Shown one piece after another: positions 1 through 9,184 of a DNA stretch of 64,000 nucleotides. The DNA is from Rhodospirillaceae bacterium. GTDB taxonomy: Bacteria > Pseudomonadota > Alphaproteobacteria > JAEUKQ01. The stretch covers positions 15,484 through 79,483 of the forward strand of contig JADKIX010000005.1 of assembly GCA_016722635.1 (NCBI GenBank), written 5' to 3'. The notes under the pieces were generated by a model. It saw only the letters and a list, made by a program, of their open reading frames with translations. It did not search any database and was not told the origin of the DNA. Within the stretch, counting starts at the first letter, position 1; each line of letters opens with the position of its first letter. A program made the position numbers and the translations under genes.

Positions 1-874
1 GCAATTACCTTATGAGGTGGCCGCAGTTTATACCCAACCCCCGCGCCCCGCGGGGCGGGGACAGGGCATTCAATTATCGCCCGTCCATCACGTGGCCAAC
101 CAACATCAATTAACTGTTTTCCACCCCGAGAATTTCAAATCACCCGAATCCCGCCAACAATTTGTTGATTTGAAGATTGATTTGGCGATTGTGGCGGCTT
201 ACGGCCTCATTCTACCCCGTGCTATTTTGACCGCCGTGACAGCTGATTTTATCAATATCCATGGCTCCTTGTTGCCACGCTGGCGCGGGGCCTCGCCTAT
301 CCAGGCGGCTTTATTGGCAGGGGACCCTGAAACCGGCATCACGATTATGCGGGTGGTTCCTAAACTCGATGCGGGTGATATTTTGCTGCAACAATCTTTG
401 CCCATTCAATCCACGGATACCGCGCAGTCCCTGCATGACCGCCTTAGCCTGCTTGGGGCTGAGATGATGGCGAAAACCATCCATCAATTGCTTGACCACC
501 AATTATCCGCCGTACCCCAAGATGAAAAGCTGGTGACTTATGCCGGTAAATTAACCAAAGAGCAAGGCCGGTTGGATTGGCAAAAACCTGCAGCGGTTTT
601 GGAGCGGGAAATCCGGGCTTTTTTCCCTTGGCCTGGCAGCTGGTTTGATTGGCGGGGGGAAAGGGTACGGGTTTTACGGGCGGAATTAGGCACATTTACC
701 CCGGCCAAACCCGGCACCATCACCCGTCACCCTTTAGAAATTGCTTGCGGTGATACCCAAAGCCTGCGCCTGTTGGAATTACAGCGACCGGGGCGCAAAG
801 CTTTGTCCTCGCTTGATTTTATCCGGGGCTTTGATTTGCCGGTGGGCCAGGTAGTTACCGATGCCCCGCTATAA
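1..874 (+). CDS. fmt: Methionyl-tRNA formyltransferase, 5' end cut by the window edge
   Basis: The frame is open from base 2. The YTQPPRPAGRG, HGSLLPRWRGASPIQ and LVTYAGKLTKEQGRLDW blocks are collinear with E. coli Fmt. Confidence 0.9.
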   Translation, partial: QLPYEVAAVYTQPPRPAGRGQGIQLSPVHHVANQHQLTVFHPENFKSPESRQQFVDLKIDLAIVAAYGLILPRAILTAVTADFINIHGSLLPRWRGASPIQAALLAGDPETGITIMRVVPKLDAGDILLQQSLPIQSTDTAQSLHDRLSLLGAEMMAKTIHQLLDHQLSAVPQDEKLVTYAGKLTKEQGRLDWQKPAAVLEREIRAFFPWPGSWFDWRGERVRVLRAELGTFTPAKPGTITRHPLEIACGDTQSLRLLELQRPGRKALSSLDFIRGFDLPVGQVVTDAPL

Positions 875-1607
875 AATTACCCTAGAATATGAGGGGTCTG
901 CTTTCGTGGGCTGGCAACGGCAAGAAAATGGCCTGGCCGTCCAACAGGTGGTAGAGGAAGCTTTTTTCCGCTTTACCGGCTATCAACCAACTATCTATGC
1001 GGCGGGACGGACGGATGCGGGGGTGCATGCCTCAGGCCAAGTGATCCATGTTGATTTGGAAAAACCCTATCCTTGTAAAACAGTCTTAGAAGCCGGTAAT
1101 TTCTACCTAAAACCCCATGCGGTTTCCTTCCTAGCGGTGGAATTTGCCAGCGGTGATTTCCATGCACGCTTTTCAGCGATTGGCCGGATATATGAATATT
1201 ATATCCTGAACCGCCTGGCGCCACCCGCTCTAAAACGGGGACAGGTATGGTGGGTCAAGCAGCCCCTTGATATCAGTGCCATGCAACAGGCAGCAACTTG
1301 CCTGATGGGCAAGCATGACTTCACGAGCTTCCGGGCATTACAGTGCCAAGCCTTATCACCAATTAAGACGATTGATGAATTTTCCATCCATCAAACAGGT
1401 GATGTGATTCTTTGCACCGTCAAGGCACGGTCATTCCTGCATCATCAAGTCCGCAATATGGTTGGGACATTAAAAATGGTTGGGGATGGCAAATGGCCCG
1501 CCTCAAAAATCCCTGAGATCCTTGCGGCCCAAAACCGTGCAGCGGCTGGCATGACCGCCCCCGCTGAGGGATTATATTTAACCCAAATTATATATCCAAA
1601 CAATTGA
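861..1607 (+). CDS. truA: tRNA pseudouridine(38-40) synthase TruA
   Basis: N-terminal YKITLEYEGSAFVGWQRQ, the catalytic-Asp block AAGRTDAGVHASGQV and FLHHQVRNMVG. The start overlaps the fmt stop by 14 nt. Confidence 0.9.
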   Translation: MPRYKITLEYEGSAFVGWQRQENGLAVQQVVEEAFFRFTGYQPTIYAAGRTDAGVHASGQVIHVDLEKPYPCKTVLEAGNFYLKPHAVSFLAVEFASGDFHARFSAIGRIYEYYILNRLAPPALKRGQVWWVKQPLDISAMQQAATCLMGKHDFTSFRALQCQALSPIKTIDEFSIHQTGDVILCTVKARSFLHHQVRNMVGTLKMVGDGKWPASKIPEILAAQNRAAAGMTAPAEGLYLTQIIYPNN

Positions 1608-1696
1608 AATTCCCACCCTAATCGCCCCATATATAAACAGGGTATTTAAAGGGCTAAGATTGATAAAGTCTGAGAAACTAAATCCATATGTCCTGC

Positions 1697-2386
1697 TTAA
1701 GCCAACTGCCTATTCTCTTGGTAAAACTGGTTGGTCCAGGCGGCGGGTTTTGGTAACTGGTCTGCAAATTCTGCCATCACTTGTAATCCTTGCTGGACGG
1801 CTGGGCGTTGTTCAATCGTTTCCAACCAGCGTTTCACATGGGGAAAATCAGCTATTTGCTGGCCTTGCTTTTGCCATAACCTGACCCAGGGAAATGCCGC
1901 CATATCAGCAATGGAATAGTCGCCTGCCAGAAAGGGGGTTTGTTGCAGCTGTTTGTCTAAAACCTGATATAGGCGTTTGGCTTCCTTCGTAAATCTTTCA
2001 ATTCCATAGATAACCGGTTGCGGTGCATAGTGCCTAAAATGATGGGTTTGCCCTAATATGGGGCCCAAGCCTGACATTTGGAACATCAGCCATTGCAATA
2101 CCTGATATTTTCCGGAAGTATTTTGGCCCAGGAATTTTTGATATTTTTCACCCAAATAAAATAAAATGGCGCCCGATTCAAAAATGGTGAGCGTTTTTGA
2201 GGCAGTTTCCCCTTCATCTACCAGCACCGGGATTTTATTATTGGGGTTGATTTTTAAAAAATCGGGCGTTAATTGCTCGCCTTTCATGATATTGACCGGA
2301 TGCAATTGATAAGGCACACCCAACTCTGCCAACATGATATGAATCTTATGACCGTTGGGGGTAGGCCAGCTATATAAATGAAGCAT
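1697..2386 (-). CDS. yfcG: Nu-class glutathione S-transferase / disulfide reductase, YfcG-like
   Basis: The internal Met at 2386 gives MLHLYSWPTPNGHKI. FLKINPNNKIPVLVD, FESGAILFYL and GLGPILGQTHHF are collinear with E. coli YfcG. I judge the first 19 codons of the track ORF to be non-coding. Confidence 0.8.
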   Translation of the reverse strand: MLHLYSWPTPNGHKIHIMLAELGVPYQLHPVNIMKGEQLTPDFLKINPNNKIPVLVDEGETASKTLTIFESGAILFYLGEKYQKFLGQNTSGKYQVLQWLMFQMSGLGPILGQTHHFRHYAPQPVIYGIERFTKEAKRLYQVLDKQLQQTPFLAGDYSIADMAAFPWVRLWQKQGQQIADFPHVKRWLETIEQRPAVQQGLQVMAEFADQLPKPAAWTNQFYQENRQLA

Positions 2387-2459
2387 CTTTCTTCCTACAT
2401 TCGAATTTTTCTTGAAACGACAGGATTCCCGCTTCAAGGACAAAAGTCAACCCTACTGA

Positions 2460-2699
2460 TCAAAAGGGCTGGCATTCCTTGAGTTGCAGGCGCAGGCGGA
2501 TATAATCCTCAATCGCCAACAACAGCGGATGATCCGCGGGGAAATTTTGTAGCCCATTGGCCAATTCGCTAGAAAATTCTTGGGTATATACCGGCAGCGG
2601 CGGACAAGAATTGATCACAGCCGGTTGACAAGCCCCCACCAATACTGCCCACCCGATCACCCAATTCTTTGTGATTTTTTGTACCTGACATTGCGGCAT
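2460..2699 (-). CDS. Outer-membrane lipoprotein, o-spanin-like (lysis cassette)
   Basis: 79 aa. The signal peptide ends in a lipobox-like VLVGAC and the mature part is Pro-rich (CPPLPVY). It is the last gene of the phage operon, just after a TM/charged ORF. Confidence 0.45.
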   Translation of the reverse strand: MPQCQVQKITKNWVIGWAVLVGACQPAVINSCPPLPVYTQEFSSELANGLQNFPADHPLLLAIEDYIRLRLQLKECQPF

Positions 2700-2729
2700 G
2701 GCGATCCCTTCCTAAATATTAAGCGATTT

Positions 2730-2966
2730 TTACAACCCTTTTTTATTCAGATAATCGATCACTGGCTGTTTGCCGCGCGGGGCTTCGGCGGCACGTTGTT
2801 GCTGGCGTTTAGATATTTCCGCTTGCTTTTTTATGTGCCGTTGGCGTTCGGAGATAGCACCCCTGCGCCAGAAGAAGATAATAGCGGCCATAATCCCCAA
2901 ACCCGCCATCATAGTTTTCCATAGCCGCGATCCGGCCATTTGCAAAAAAGTAACGATTGCCATCAT
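2730..2966 (-). CDS. Small single-TM protein with a charged tail, i-spanin-like or holin-like
   Basis: 78 aa with SD GGGGAGG. It has a TM segment (MMAGLGIMAAIIFFW) followed by a K/R/Q/E-rich tail. It lies between the endolysin-like gene and the lipoprotein. Confidence 0.4.
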   Translation of the reverse strand: MMAIVTFLQMAGSRLWKTMMAGLGIMAAIIFFWRRGAISERQRHIKKQAEISKRQQQRAAEAPRGKQPVIDYLNKKGL

Positions 2967-3037
2967 GAGACCTCCCCTTTCCGTTCAAATATGTCCATAA
3001 GTTATTAAGGCATCGGGGTGCCTTGAAAGTGTGATGA

Positions 3038-3706
3038 TTATAAGCCGCGGCGGCGATCATCCAGTTTAGCCCAAATGATCCAGGCAATTCCCGCAACCAT
3101 CAGCAAGGCCGACGCCCAGGGCCAATATTGACCCAAACGTTCAAAGAACGGCAACGCTGGCGATAAATGCTGCCAGCTGTCATTGATGGCCTGATAAGCG
3201 ATGGTGCTGCCCGCACCGGCAGCGATGGCCGTGCCACGGATCGTGCGTGAATGCCACAAACGTTTGGCTTTAGCCTCAACCCCTGCCATCATCAAGCCTT
3301 TATCCATGACAGCATTCGTCATATATTTTTTGGATAAGGCCCCATTTTCCTGCTGGATCATAGCAGCAAGCAAGGCTTTCAAATCCTGATAATCATGCGT
3401 ATTGATCTTGTCCGTCACCTTTCTTTTCATAAGGTTTGCAATGATCAAGGCATAGGTTTTGGTGTCGTTTTCCAAAGGCGGGGCATAGCGGTTGATCATA
3501 TCAGCAATGGTTTGCAACCCATATTTGTCTTGATAGGTGATCAAAACCTTCGCTAAAGCCCTGATCCCGTAAGCCATAGACTTAAATTGGAAAAAATCCT
3601 TGTCTGTCTGAACCTCAGAAAGTCCTTGCCAGGGATCTTGGCTGCGCCTGATATTGCCGGGGTTGTTATTGCGGATGCCGCGCGGCAACTTTGAACTATT
3701 GCTCAT
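3038..3706 (-). CDS. Putative muralytic protein (NNPGNIR-motif family) with a hydrophobic C-terminus
   Basis: 222 aa with SD GGAGAGGGG. It carries the motif RGIRNNNPGNIRRSQDPWQG and C-terminal hydrophobic stretches (TAIAAGAGSTIAY, WPWASALLMVAGIAWIIW). It occupies the lysis-cassette position. Confidence 0.5.
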   Translation of the reverse strand: MSNSSKLPRGIRNNNPGNIRRSQDPWQGLSEVQTDKDFFQFKSMAYGIRALAKVLITYQDKYGLQTIADMINRYAPPLENDTKTYALIIANLMKRKVTDKINTHDYQDLKALLAAMIQQENGALSKKYMTNAVMDKGLMMAGVEAKAKRLWHSRTIRGTAIAAGAGSTIAYQAINDSWQHLSPALPFFERLGQYWPWASALLMVAGIAWIIWAKLDDRRRGL

Positions 3707-3784
3707 GACGAATATCCCCTCTCCATTTGAAAAAATGATATTTTTGCCTTCGGTTTTATGGAAATCATTGGCAGTCCCCCACCC

Positions 3785-4009
3785 CTATTTTAACCAGGCT
3801 GGCAAATGTTCCATGACCCAGGCAACCAGGGCAATGGCGCCTAATAAAACCCCCCCCAGCTTAACCACGGCAAAAGCCGCCCCACGCCCCATATGGAAAG
3901 CTTCCCGTAAATGTTCAACCGTCAGGCGGATTTGGTGGATATCTTGGGCCATTTGGGTGCTGGTGACTTCGAGTTTGGTCAACCGGTCCCTTTCATGTTC
4001 AGTCATCAT
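3785..4009 (-). CDS. Holin-like small membrane protein
   Basis: 74 aa with SD AAGGAAA. The N-terminus is coiled-coil-like and there is one C-terminal TM (AAFAVVKLGGVLLGAIALVAWV). It lies directly upstream of the muralytic gene. Confidence 0.4.
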   Translation of the reverse strand: MMTEHERDRLTKLEVTSTQMAQDIHQIRLTVEHLREAFHMGRGAAFAVVKLGGVLLGAIALVAWVMEHLPAWLK

Positions 4010-4103
4010 GTTTTCCTTTAATGTTATGTCTTTTTGGTCGTGATTGATTGAAGGCAGACAAATAAAAAGCCAGCTTAAGGCTGGCCATTCCTAATAAAGC
4101 GGA

Positions 4104-4430
4104 TCATTTCCCAGCCGTTGAAATAAGGGGAAATGCCAAGGATGATGGATCTGTTGGCATAACGGGCGACCAGGTTGGTTTTGGCGGCGGGGATGCCGGA
4201 GGCAAAATATTGGGCGGTTCGGGATAATAAGTTGCACTCCCCCCATCATAATAGCAACGCTGCCTGATCCAATCCGGTGCATCATTCCTGACCTTAGAAA
4301 AAGAACTATCCCCAAGGCTTGGGTGCAAAGGTGGGGCGGGATAGCCCGGAAAAACCTCAACCACATACCAACGCTCTTCATCGCTATATTCCGCATATTT
4401 ACGCGGTTCTAATCTGCAGGCTTTAACCAT
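4104..4430 (-). CDS. Hypothetical phage protein downstream of glycine-rich fibre gene 2
   Basis: 108 aa with SD AAGGAGAG. The N-terminus (RLEPRKYAEY..WYVVEVFPGYPAPPLHP) is homologous to the start of the junction ORF at 5181-5348. The C-terminus is Pro-rich. Confidence 0.5.
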   Translation of the reverse strand: MVKACRLEPRKYAEYSDEERWYVVEVFPGYPAPPLHPSLGDSSFSKVRNDAPDWIRQRCYYDGGSATYYPEPPNILPPASPPPKPTWSPVMPTDPSSLAFPLISTAGK

Positions 4431-4441
4431 ATCATCTCTCC

Positions 4442-5188
4442 TTAACTAAATTCATAAACAACACAAAGGCCGCTGCCGCCTGTACCGCCTGCTCTTGTGT
4501 CGTTAGTCGAATATTTGCACAAACCACCACTTCCCCCACCGCCCGAATTAGCATCGGCATTAAGCCCTGTAAAAGAGTCGGCAATTACTTTATTCATTTG
4601 ACCCATTGCACCGCTGCCACCAATTGGCATAGCTCCATTACCGCCTGGGAAAGAGGGGCTTATACAGCTATAAATAGAACAAATTTGAAATCCAGAACCG
4701 CCCCGCCAGTTAACATCCCCACCTGTTCCAATTCCACCTTGGGCGGCAGAGCCAGCAGTGGTAGGGCTATTAATAATGCAAGCTTGGCCTCCCTGACCAC
4801 CGGATGCTGAGCAAAACGCACCAAAATAACTAGTGCCGCCAGTTGAGCCATCCGTTGGTGTACTTGCTCCTGCGGTTCCACCTGCACCAATACTTACTGC
4901 CTCGGTCGCGCCAAGGGATGTTGCTAAAATATATTTTCTACATCCGCCACCTCCAGCCCCAGAAGCACCAGCAGAGCCGTAGCTTGGTCCGGATTCCGAT
5001 TTAGCCCCACCTCCACCACCGCCACCGCCTAACAATTCAACAACGATGTATCTAACATCATTTTGTTTCACCCAATTGCCGCTGGTCGTAAGGGTAGTAA
5101 TTCGTAGCAATCGTCCGGAAACATTTACCTTGTCACCTGCTGATTGGGTTAAATCAGCCAGGGGAAAGCCAAAAAAACCGTTATTCAT
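4442..5188 (-). CDS. Glycine-rich fibre-associated protein, copy 2
   Basis: 248 aa. TTSGNWVKQNDVRYIVVELLGGGGGGGG is followed by a Gly/Ser/Ala-rich body ending GGSGLCVVYEFS, the pattern of phage glycine-rich domain proteins. It is a paralog of 5361-6101. Confidence 0.6.
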   Translation of the reverse strand: MNNGFFGFPLADLTQSAGDKVNVSGRLLRITTLTTSGNWVKQNDVRYIVVELLGGGGGGGGAKSESGPSYGSAGASGAGGGGCRKYILATSLGATEAVSIGAGGTAGASTPTDGSTGGTSYFGAFCSASGGQGGQACIINSPTTAGSAAQGGIGTGGDVNWRGGSGFQICSIYSCISPSFPGGNGAMPIGGSGAMGQMNKVIADSFTGLNADANSGGGGSGGLCKYSTNDTRAGGTGGSGLCVVYEFS

Positions 5189-5348
5189 TAGAAATCCCCC
5201 CTTCCGCTAACAAATGGAACCCTTCCGAATTGGTAAGATCGGGGTGCATTGGCAGGGCCGGATAGGTTGCATATACCTCCTTTATATACCAAAGCGGTGT
5301 CGACCAATATTGGCGCTTAAGCTCTAATTGCAAACGTACTGCTTTCAT
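5181..5348 (-). CDS. 55-aa chimeric junction ORF created by tandem duplication
   Basis: It is below the track cutoff and has SD GGGAGGG. The first ~39 aa resemble the N-terminus of the 4104-4430 product. NSEGFHLLAEGG equals the C-terminus of the 6101-6484 product. The stop lies 2 codons inside gene 4442-5188. Confidence 0.4.
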   Translation of the reverse strand: MKAVRLQLELKRQYWSTPLWYIKEVYATYPALPMHPDLTNSEGFHLLAEGGISNE

Positions 5349-5360
5349 ATTTCCCTCCCG

Positions 5361-6101
5361 TTATGAATATTCATAAACAACACAAAGGCCGCTGCCACCA
5401 TCCCCGCCAGATCGATTGCTAGCAGCACTATAAGCACTAACTCCACCACCACCACCACCACCAGAATTGGCAGTGGCATCATCACCATCTGAAGCATCAG
5501 TAATGTTTTTAAGATTATAACCACGCGCCCCTGGCCCACCTATAGGAAGTGCCCCGTTTCCTGCTGGAGCACTTGAGCAATAAGACCCGTATTGCGTTCC
5601 AACGTTAAAACCAGGGCTTCCTCTAAAATTAATATCTCCCCCCATTCCTACGCCGCCAAGGGCAGTGAACCCCGTGACACCCGATGATGCGGAAATAGTA
5701 TAAAAACCACCCTCCCCACCAGATGCGCTGCAGTGCGTCCCAAACGATGTTGTACCGCCCTGACTACCAGAAGTTGGGGTACTCAAGCCGCCCGTCCCTC
5801 CTATGCCAATTGTTATGGCCTCGCTGTCTGCCAAAGCAGTGGCCATGATCTTTTTACGGCAACCCCCACCGCCCGCACCGGAAGCTGCGTTACAGGAAAA
5901 ATTTGCCACTCCTTGCGAGCCCCCACCACCCCCACCACCACCCAGCAATTCAACAATAATGTATCCAACATCCTTTTGTTTCACCCAGTTGCCGCTGGTC
6001 GTAAGGGTAGTAATTCGTAGCAATCGTCTGGAAACATTGACCCTGTCACCTGCTGATTTGTTTAAATCAGCCAGGGGAAAGCCAAAAAAACCGTTATTCA
6101 T
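5361..6101 (-). CDS. Glycine-rich fibre-associated protein, copy 1
   Basis: 246 aa. The N-terminal ~60 aa are nearly identical to copy 2, the centre is divergent, and the C-terminus is GGSGLCVVYEYS. Confidence 0.6.
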   Translation of the reverse strand: MNNGFFGFPLADLNKSAGDRVNVSRRLLRITTLTTSGNWVKQKDVGYIIVELLGGGGGGGGSQGVANFSCNAASGAGGGGCRKKIMATALADSEAITIGIGGTGGLSTPTSGSQGGTTSFGTHCSASGGEGGFYTISASSGVTGFTALGGVGMGGDINFRGSPGFNVGTQYGSYCSSAPAGNGALPIGGPGARGYNLKNITDASDGDDATANSGGGGGGGVSAYSAASNRSGGDGGSGLCVVYEYS

Positions 6102-6484
6102 TAGAAATCCCCCCCTTCCGCTAACAAATGGAACCCTTCCGAATTATGGGTTGAGGCCCGCAAACTATGGTTGGGTGGCAGCATCAAACCACCGGCAAAA
6201 GTCACTAGTTCCCGGAAAGCCTTCACACTGGCACTTGGAATAACGGCGGTTACGGATATTTCCTCAAGCAGCCTTGTCCGCACCCCATCATGGATGAACA
6301 ACCGCACCATGCCCGCTGTGGTGCCGGTGGTTGCGGTAACGCGCAACCGCTCCAGTCGCGATCCGTTTGAGCCTGCGGTAAAAACAGTTTCCATCATGCC
6401 GCTGCCATCGCGGGCCGTGTTGCCGAAAATCAGGGCAGCGCTGGATTGACGGGGTTTATTGGCAAATTCTGGTTTTGTAGCCAT
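6101..6484 (-). CDS. Hypothetical tail-module protein
   Basis: 127 aa with SD GGAGAA. It lies between the tail-fibre gene and glycine-rich gene 1, and its stop overlaps the next start (TAATG). Confidence 0.5.
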   Translation of the reverse strand: MATKPEFANKPRQSSAALIFGNTARDGSGMMETVFTAGSNGSRLERLRVTATTGTTAGMVRLFIHDGVRTRLLEEISVTAVIPSASVKAFRELVTFAGGLMLPPNHSLRASTHNSEGFHLLAEGGDF

Positions 6485-6520
6485 TTTATGTTCTCCAATT
6501 AAGGGTTAAAATACAGGGGA

Positions 6521-7135
6521 TTAAAGAAAAGATTGTTGCTGGTAAATGTGGACACCAACCGCTTCCAGATTATCCAGGGCATCTATGGCAGTTATGGCGC
6601 CCGTGCCGCCTTGGTTAATCGATAATGGCAGGCCAACCGCCCCCAAGCTGCCAATGTCAGCCACTTCAATGGCGGTACCGGTGGCGTTCCACCGCCAAAA
6701 CTTGCTGGCCCCAGGCTCGGGGATGGTAATGCCCGATAGGGGTGAGGATACGGGCAAGGTAAGAGAGCGGCCTAAGATTTCCGCCAGTTCCTGGGTGATG
6801 ACGGTGAGGCGGTCAAGCGCCCGTTCATGGGTTTCGGCGGGGAAAGGATCATTGGGCGTATAATCCACCAATTGGGTGCGCGCTGTATCGCGCCGCACGG
6901 TGATGGTGACACCCGCCGCCGGTGGTTGGTTAGAGGTCAAGGTACCAATGGCACCATTACCGCCAGCCACGGCGTAATCAGCCCCCAAAACCTTGCGGAT
7001 TTCCCTGGAGCTGATGGTATCCCGTTCAATCACCTCGATTTCATCGGCATCAAAGAAAACAAAGGGGATGGCAAAATTGCGGGTCATGCCATCCCCTCTA
7101 TAAGCAATGCGGCTGATCATGGTGTTGATAGTCAT
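6521..7135 (-). CDS. Tail fibre protein (N-terminal anchor type)
   Basis: The internal Met has SD AAGGAG. It carries the tail-fibre N-terminal signature IAYRGDGMTRNFAIPFVF, DPFPAETHERALDRL and the C-terminal NQGGTGAITAIDALDNL. Confidence 0.65.
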   Translation of the reverse strand: MTINTMISRIAYRGDGMTRNFAIPFVFFDADEIEVIERDTISSREIRKVLGADYAVAGGNGAIGTLTSNQPPAAGVTITVRRDTARTQLVDYTPNDPFPAETHERALDRLTVITQELAEILGRSLTLPVSSPLSGITIPEPGASKFWRWNATGTAIEVADIGSLGAVGLPLSINQGGTGAITAIDALDNLEAVGVHIYQQQSFL

Positions 7136-7322
7136 GGCTAACTCCTTTTCTGAAAATAAAAAAACCCGCCTTAATTGGCGGGTTGGTAACATTTAGATTT
7201 TCTTGGTTAGAATAGGCTTGGGTCGCAAGGTTGCAGAAAGCGCTAAAAACCCCGCTTATTGTTGAGAATCAACAACATTTTGATGAAATGATTGGGGAGA
7301 TTGACAGATCAAGCGCAAGCAA

Positions 7323-7652
7323 TTACAGCGATGAATCCTCGTCAACCAAGGTGCGCTGGCGGCGTTTCTCGGTCAATTTAGAGAAAATCCGGGCCACAAA
7401 AGTCATGATCGCCCCTGCCACTATATAAGCGATGACGCGCTTGGCCATTTGCCCGGTGGTCATTTCAATCATGACCGTGCCAGTACGGCCTTGGATTAAG
7501 CGTTCCACGACAAAACACAACACCCACAAGCCAATCGAAATCAGTTGGGCCGACCACCAATAGCGGCATAGTATGGCCGCGATGCCGGAGCCAAGGGCTG
7601 CAAAAGACACCGAAAAAACCCCCACCATAATCCACCATATTTCAACCAGCAT
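7323..7652 (-). CDS. Small polytopic membrane protein
   Basis: 109 aa with SD GGAGAG, three hydrophobic segments and a basic/acidic tail. Confidence 0.5.
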   Translation of the reverse strand: MLVEIWWIMVGVFSVSFAALGSGIAAILCRYWWSAQLISIGLWVLCFVVERLIQGRTGTVMIEMTTGQMAKRVIAYIVAGAIMTFVARIFSKLTEKRRQRTLVDEDSSL

Positions 7653-8254
7653 CAGGCTCTCCTTAGCAAATAGAATATAACCTTAAGGTTATTAAAATTA
7701 GGATGGCAAACCCGATTATTTCAGCAAAAAAATCGGCATCTGCCAGCCTGTATTATTTGTATCTGGTTTCTATGCAGTTGTAAACAGGCGGCATGTTAAG
7801 GCTGATTGGGGATTAAATGCTAATCCATTTTTACAAACCTTATCGCCACAATCATACAGCTATTTCCCAACAGGCCAAGCAACCAAAATCATTGACCAGC
7901 GGACAAGATGTTGATCAGGCCGCTAAAACCCTTTGACACCCTACAAATCCCCCTTATGCACAGTTAAAAAACGCTTCAGCACACCGCCCGCATCGCCCTC
8001 AAGACCGCCGCCGCAACCGGTAAACAGATCGCCATCATTTATTTTAATCGCCTGTTCACCACCTTGCCAATAAAAAGTTAGGTGTTGCTCATAATTGATT
8101 TCTTCGATTGGTTGATGGTCAGGCGGATGACAGGGCAATCAAGGATAAAAAGATAAAAATCAGTTTTTTAGGCACAGGTTGTTCACTTCCTGATAGTGGT
8201 CTCACCGCCTGGCCGCCCGTTTAAGGCAGCCAAGCGGTGATGATAGGATATGTT

Positions 8255-8626
8255 TTAGAAACAGCCGCTTTCGTCAAACTGGGCGGGTTGGCGGCGGACA
8301 TTACCAGCCACTTCCGCGTTGAAATCAGCCTGCTGCACGATAGTGCCAACGATATCAAAGGTCACTTCACATAGAACGCCGTGACCATTGGGTGACGGGA
8401 GGCGATAGACAAAGTTTTGCGCGCCCATGGTGGTGTTGCGGCTGCTGAAAGGCGCCCCAAATTTTGCCAAGATTTGTTCCTGGTTTTTACCAACCCACGG
8501 GGTTAAATAATTGCGGTAATAGGTGGATTTGCGTTTTTCATATTGCAACGGATCATTCTTATCGCTAGCACAACCAGCCAGTGTTAGCAGGCTGGCGCCC
8601 ATCAGGGCCAAGATTATCTTCTTCAT
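8255..8626 (-). CDS. Lipoprotein, family member 1 (C-terminal ..GCF)
   Basis: MKKIILALMGASLLTLAGC lipobox. It shares W-V-G-K...GAP and C-terminal SGCF motifs with 8727-9104 and 9185-9552. Confidence 0.65.
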   Translation of the reverse strand: MKKIILALMGASLLTLAGCASDKNDPLQYEKRKSTYYRNYLTPWVGKNQEQILAKFGAPFSSRNTTMGAQNFVYRLPSPNGHGVLCEVTFDIVGTIVQQADFNAEVAGNVRRQPAQFDESGCF

Positions 8627-8726
8627 TTTTATTCCTTTCAAATTCCGCCGTGGAAGGGGGGTGGGCTGCCGCTAAATGCGGGTTGGCCATTCCCACTCCT
8701 GTATCATAGACGCCTAATCATAGCAT

Positions 8727-9104
8727 TTAAAAGCAGCCATCGCCATTAAAATAAGCCCGCCGCACCACACCACCACGGATTTCAAAGGTTTCCTGGCAGA
8801 AAGATTGGCTGGTATAAGTTTGGCCGCCATAACAATTATAGGGCCAGCGGTTAAAAGCACTGGGGTAACAATTGCCCGGGGTGCTGCTGGTTTCAATTTG
8901 GCTGCGGCGATAGGTTAGGTAGCGGCTGCCCTGGCTGTCATAAAAACTGCTGGGGGCGCCCAAATTGACAACCAACGCGGCCTCGGGCTTGCCCACCCAC
9001 TGGTTCAATTTGCCTACATAAACAGCCTGCATTTCCTCATAGCTTTGGCAACCGGCCAGGGCTAATAAGCCAACCCCGAACAGACCTGCAAATATTTTTT
9101 TCAT
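8727..9104 (-). CDS. Lipoprotein, family member 2
   Basis: SD AGGAG and an MKKIFAGLFGVGLLALAGC lipobox. It carries KLNQWVGKPEAALVVNLGAP and ends NGDGCF. Confidence 0.65.
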   Translation of the reverse strand: MKKIFAGLFGVGLLALAGCQSYEEMQAVYVGKLNQWVGKPEAALVVNLGAPSSFYDSQGSRYLTYRRSQIETSSTPGNCYPSAFNRWPYNCYGGQTYTSQSFCQETFEIRGGVVRRAYFNGDGCF

Positions 9105-9184
9105 GATGGCTCCTTTCATCTCACGAACGGTCAATGGCAGCAATCGATCCGCAACCCACCTGATTGCTACAGCCATTGTACCAT

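Noticed and set aside
2387-2459. I looked for a tRNA gene or att core at the left prophage boundary, and for tRNAs elsewhere.
   Set aside because: I could fold no cloverleaf-like sequence by eye, and I found no direct repeat of the boundary sequence in the window. The right end of the element lies outside the window.
4960-5960. Short tandem GGTGGTGG/CCACCACC runs near 5000-5030, 5440-5465 and 5920-5945 looked like simple repeats or a mini-array.
   Set aside because: They are the poly-Gly codons (GGGGGGGG) of the two glycine-rich fibre genes. There is no spacer-repeat structure, and no CRISPR array is present in the window.
7677-7692. A 16-bp perfect palindrome, ATAACCTTAAGGTTAT, lies about 25 nt upstream of the start of membrane gene 7323-7652.
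   Set aside because: It is a real palindrome, but a single AT-rich 16-mer with no second copy in the window is weak evidence for an operator. I note it only.
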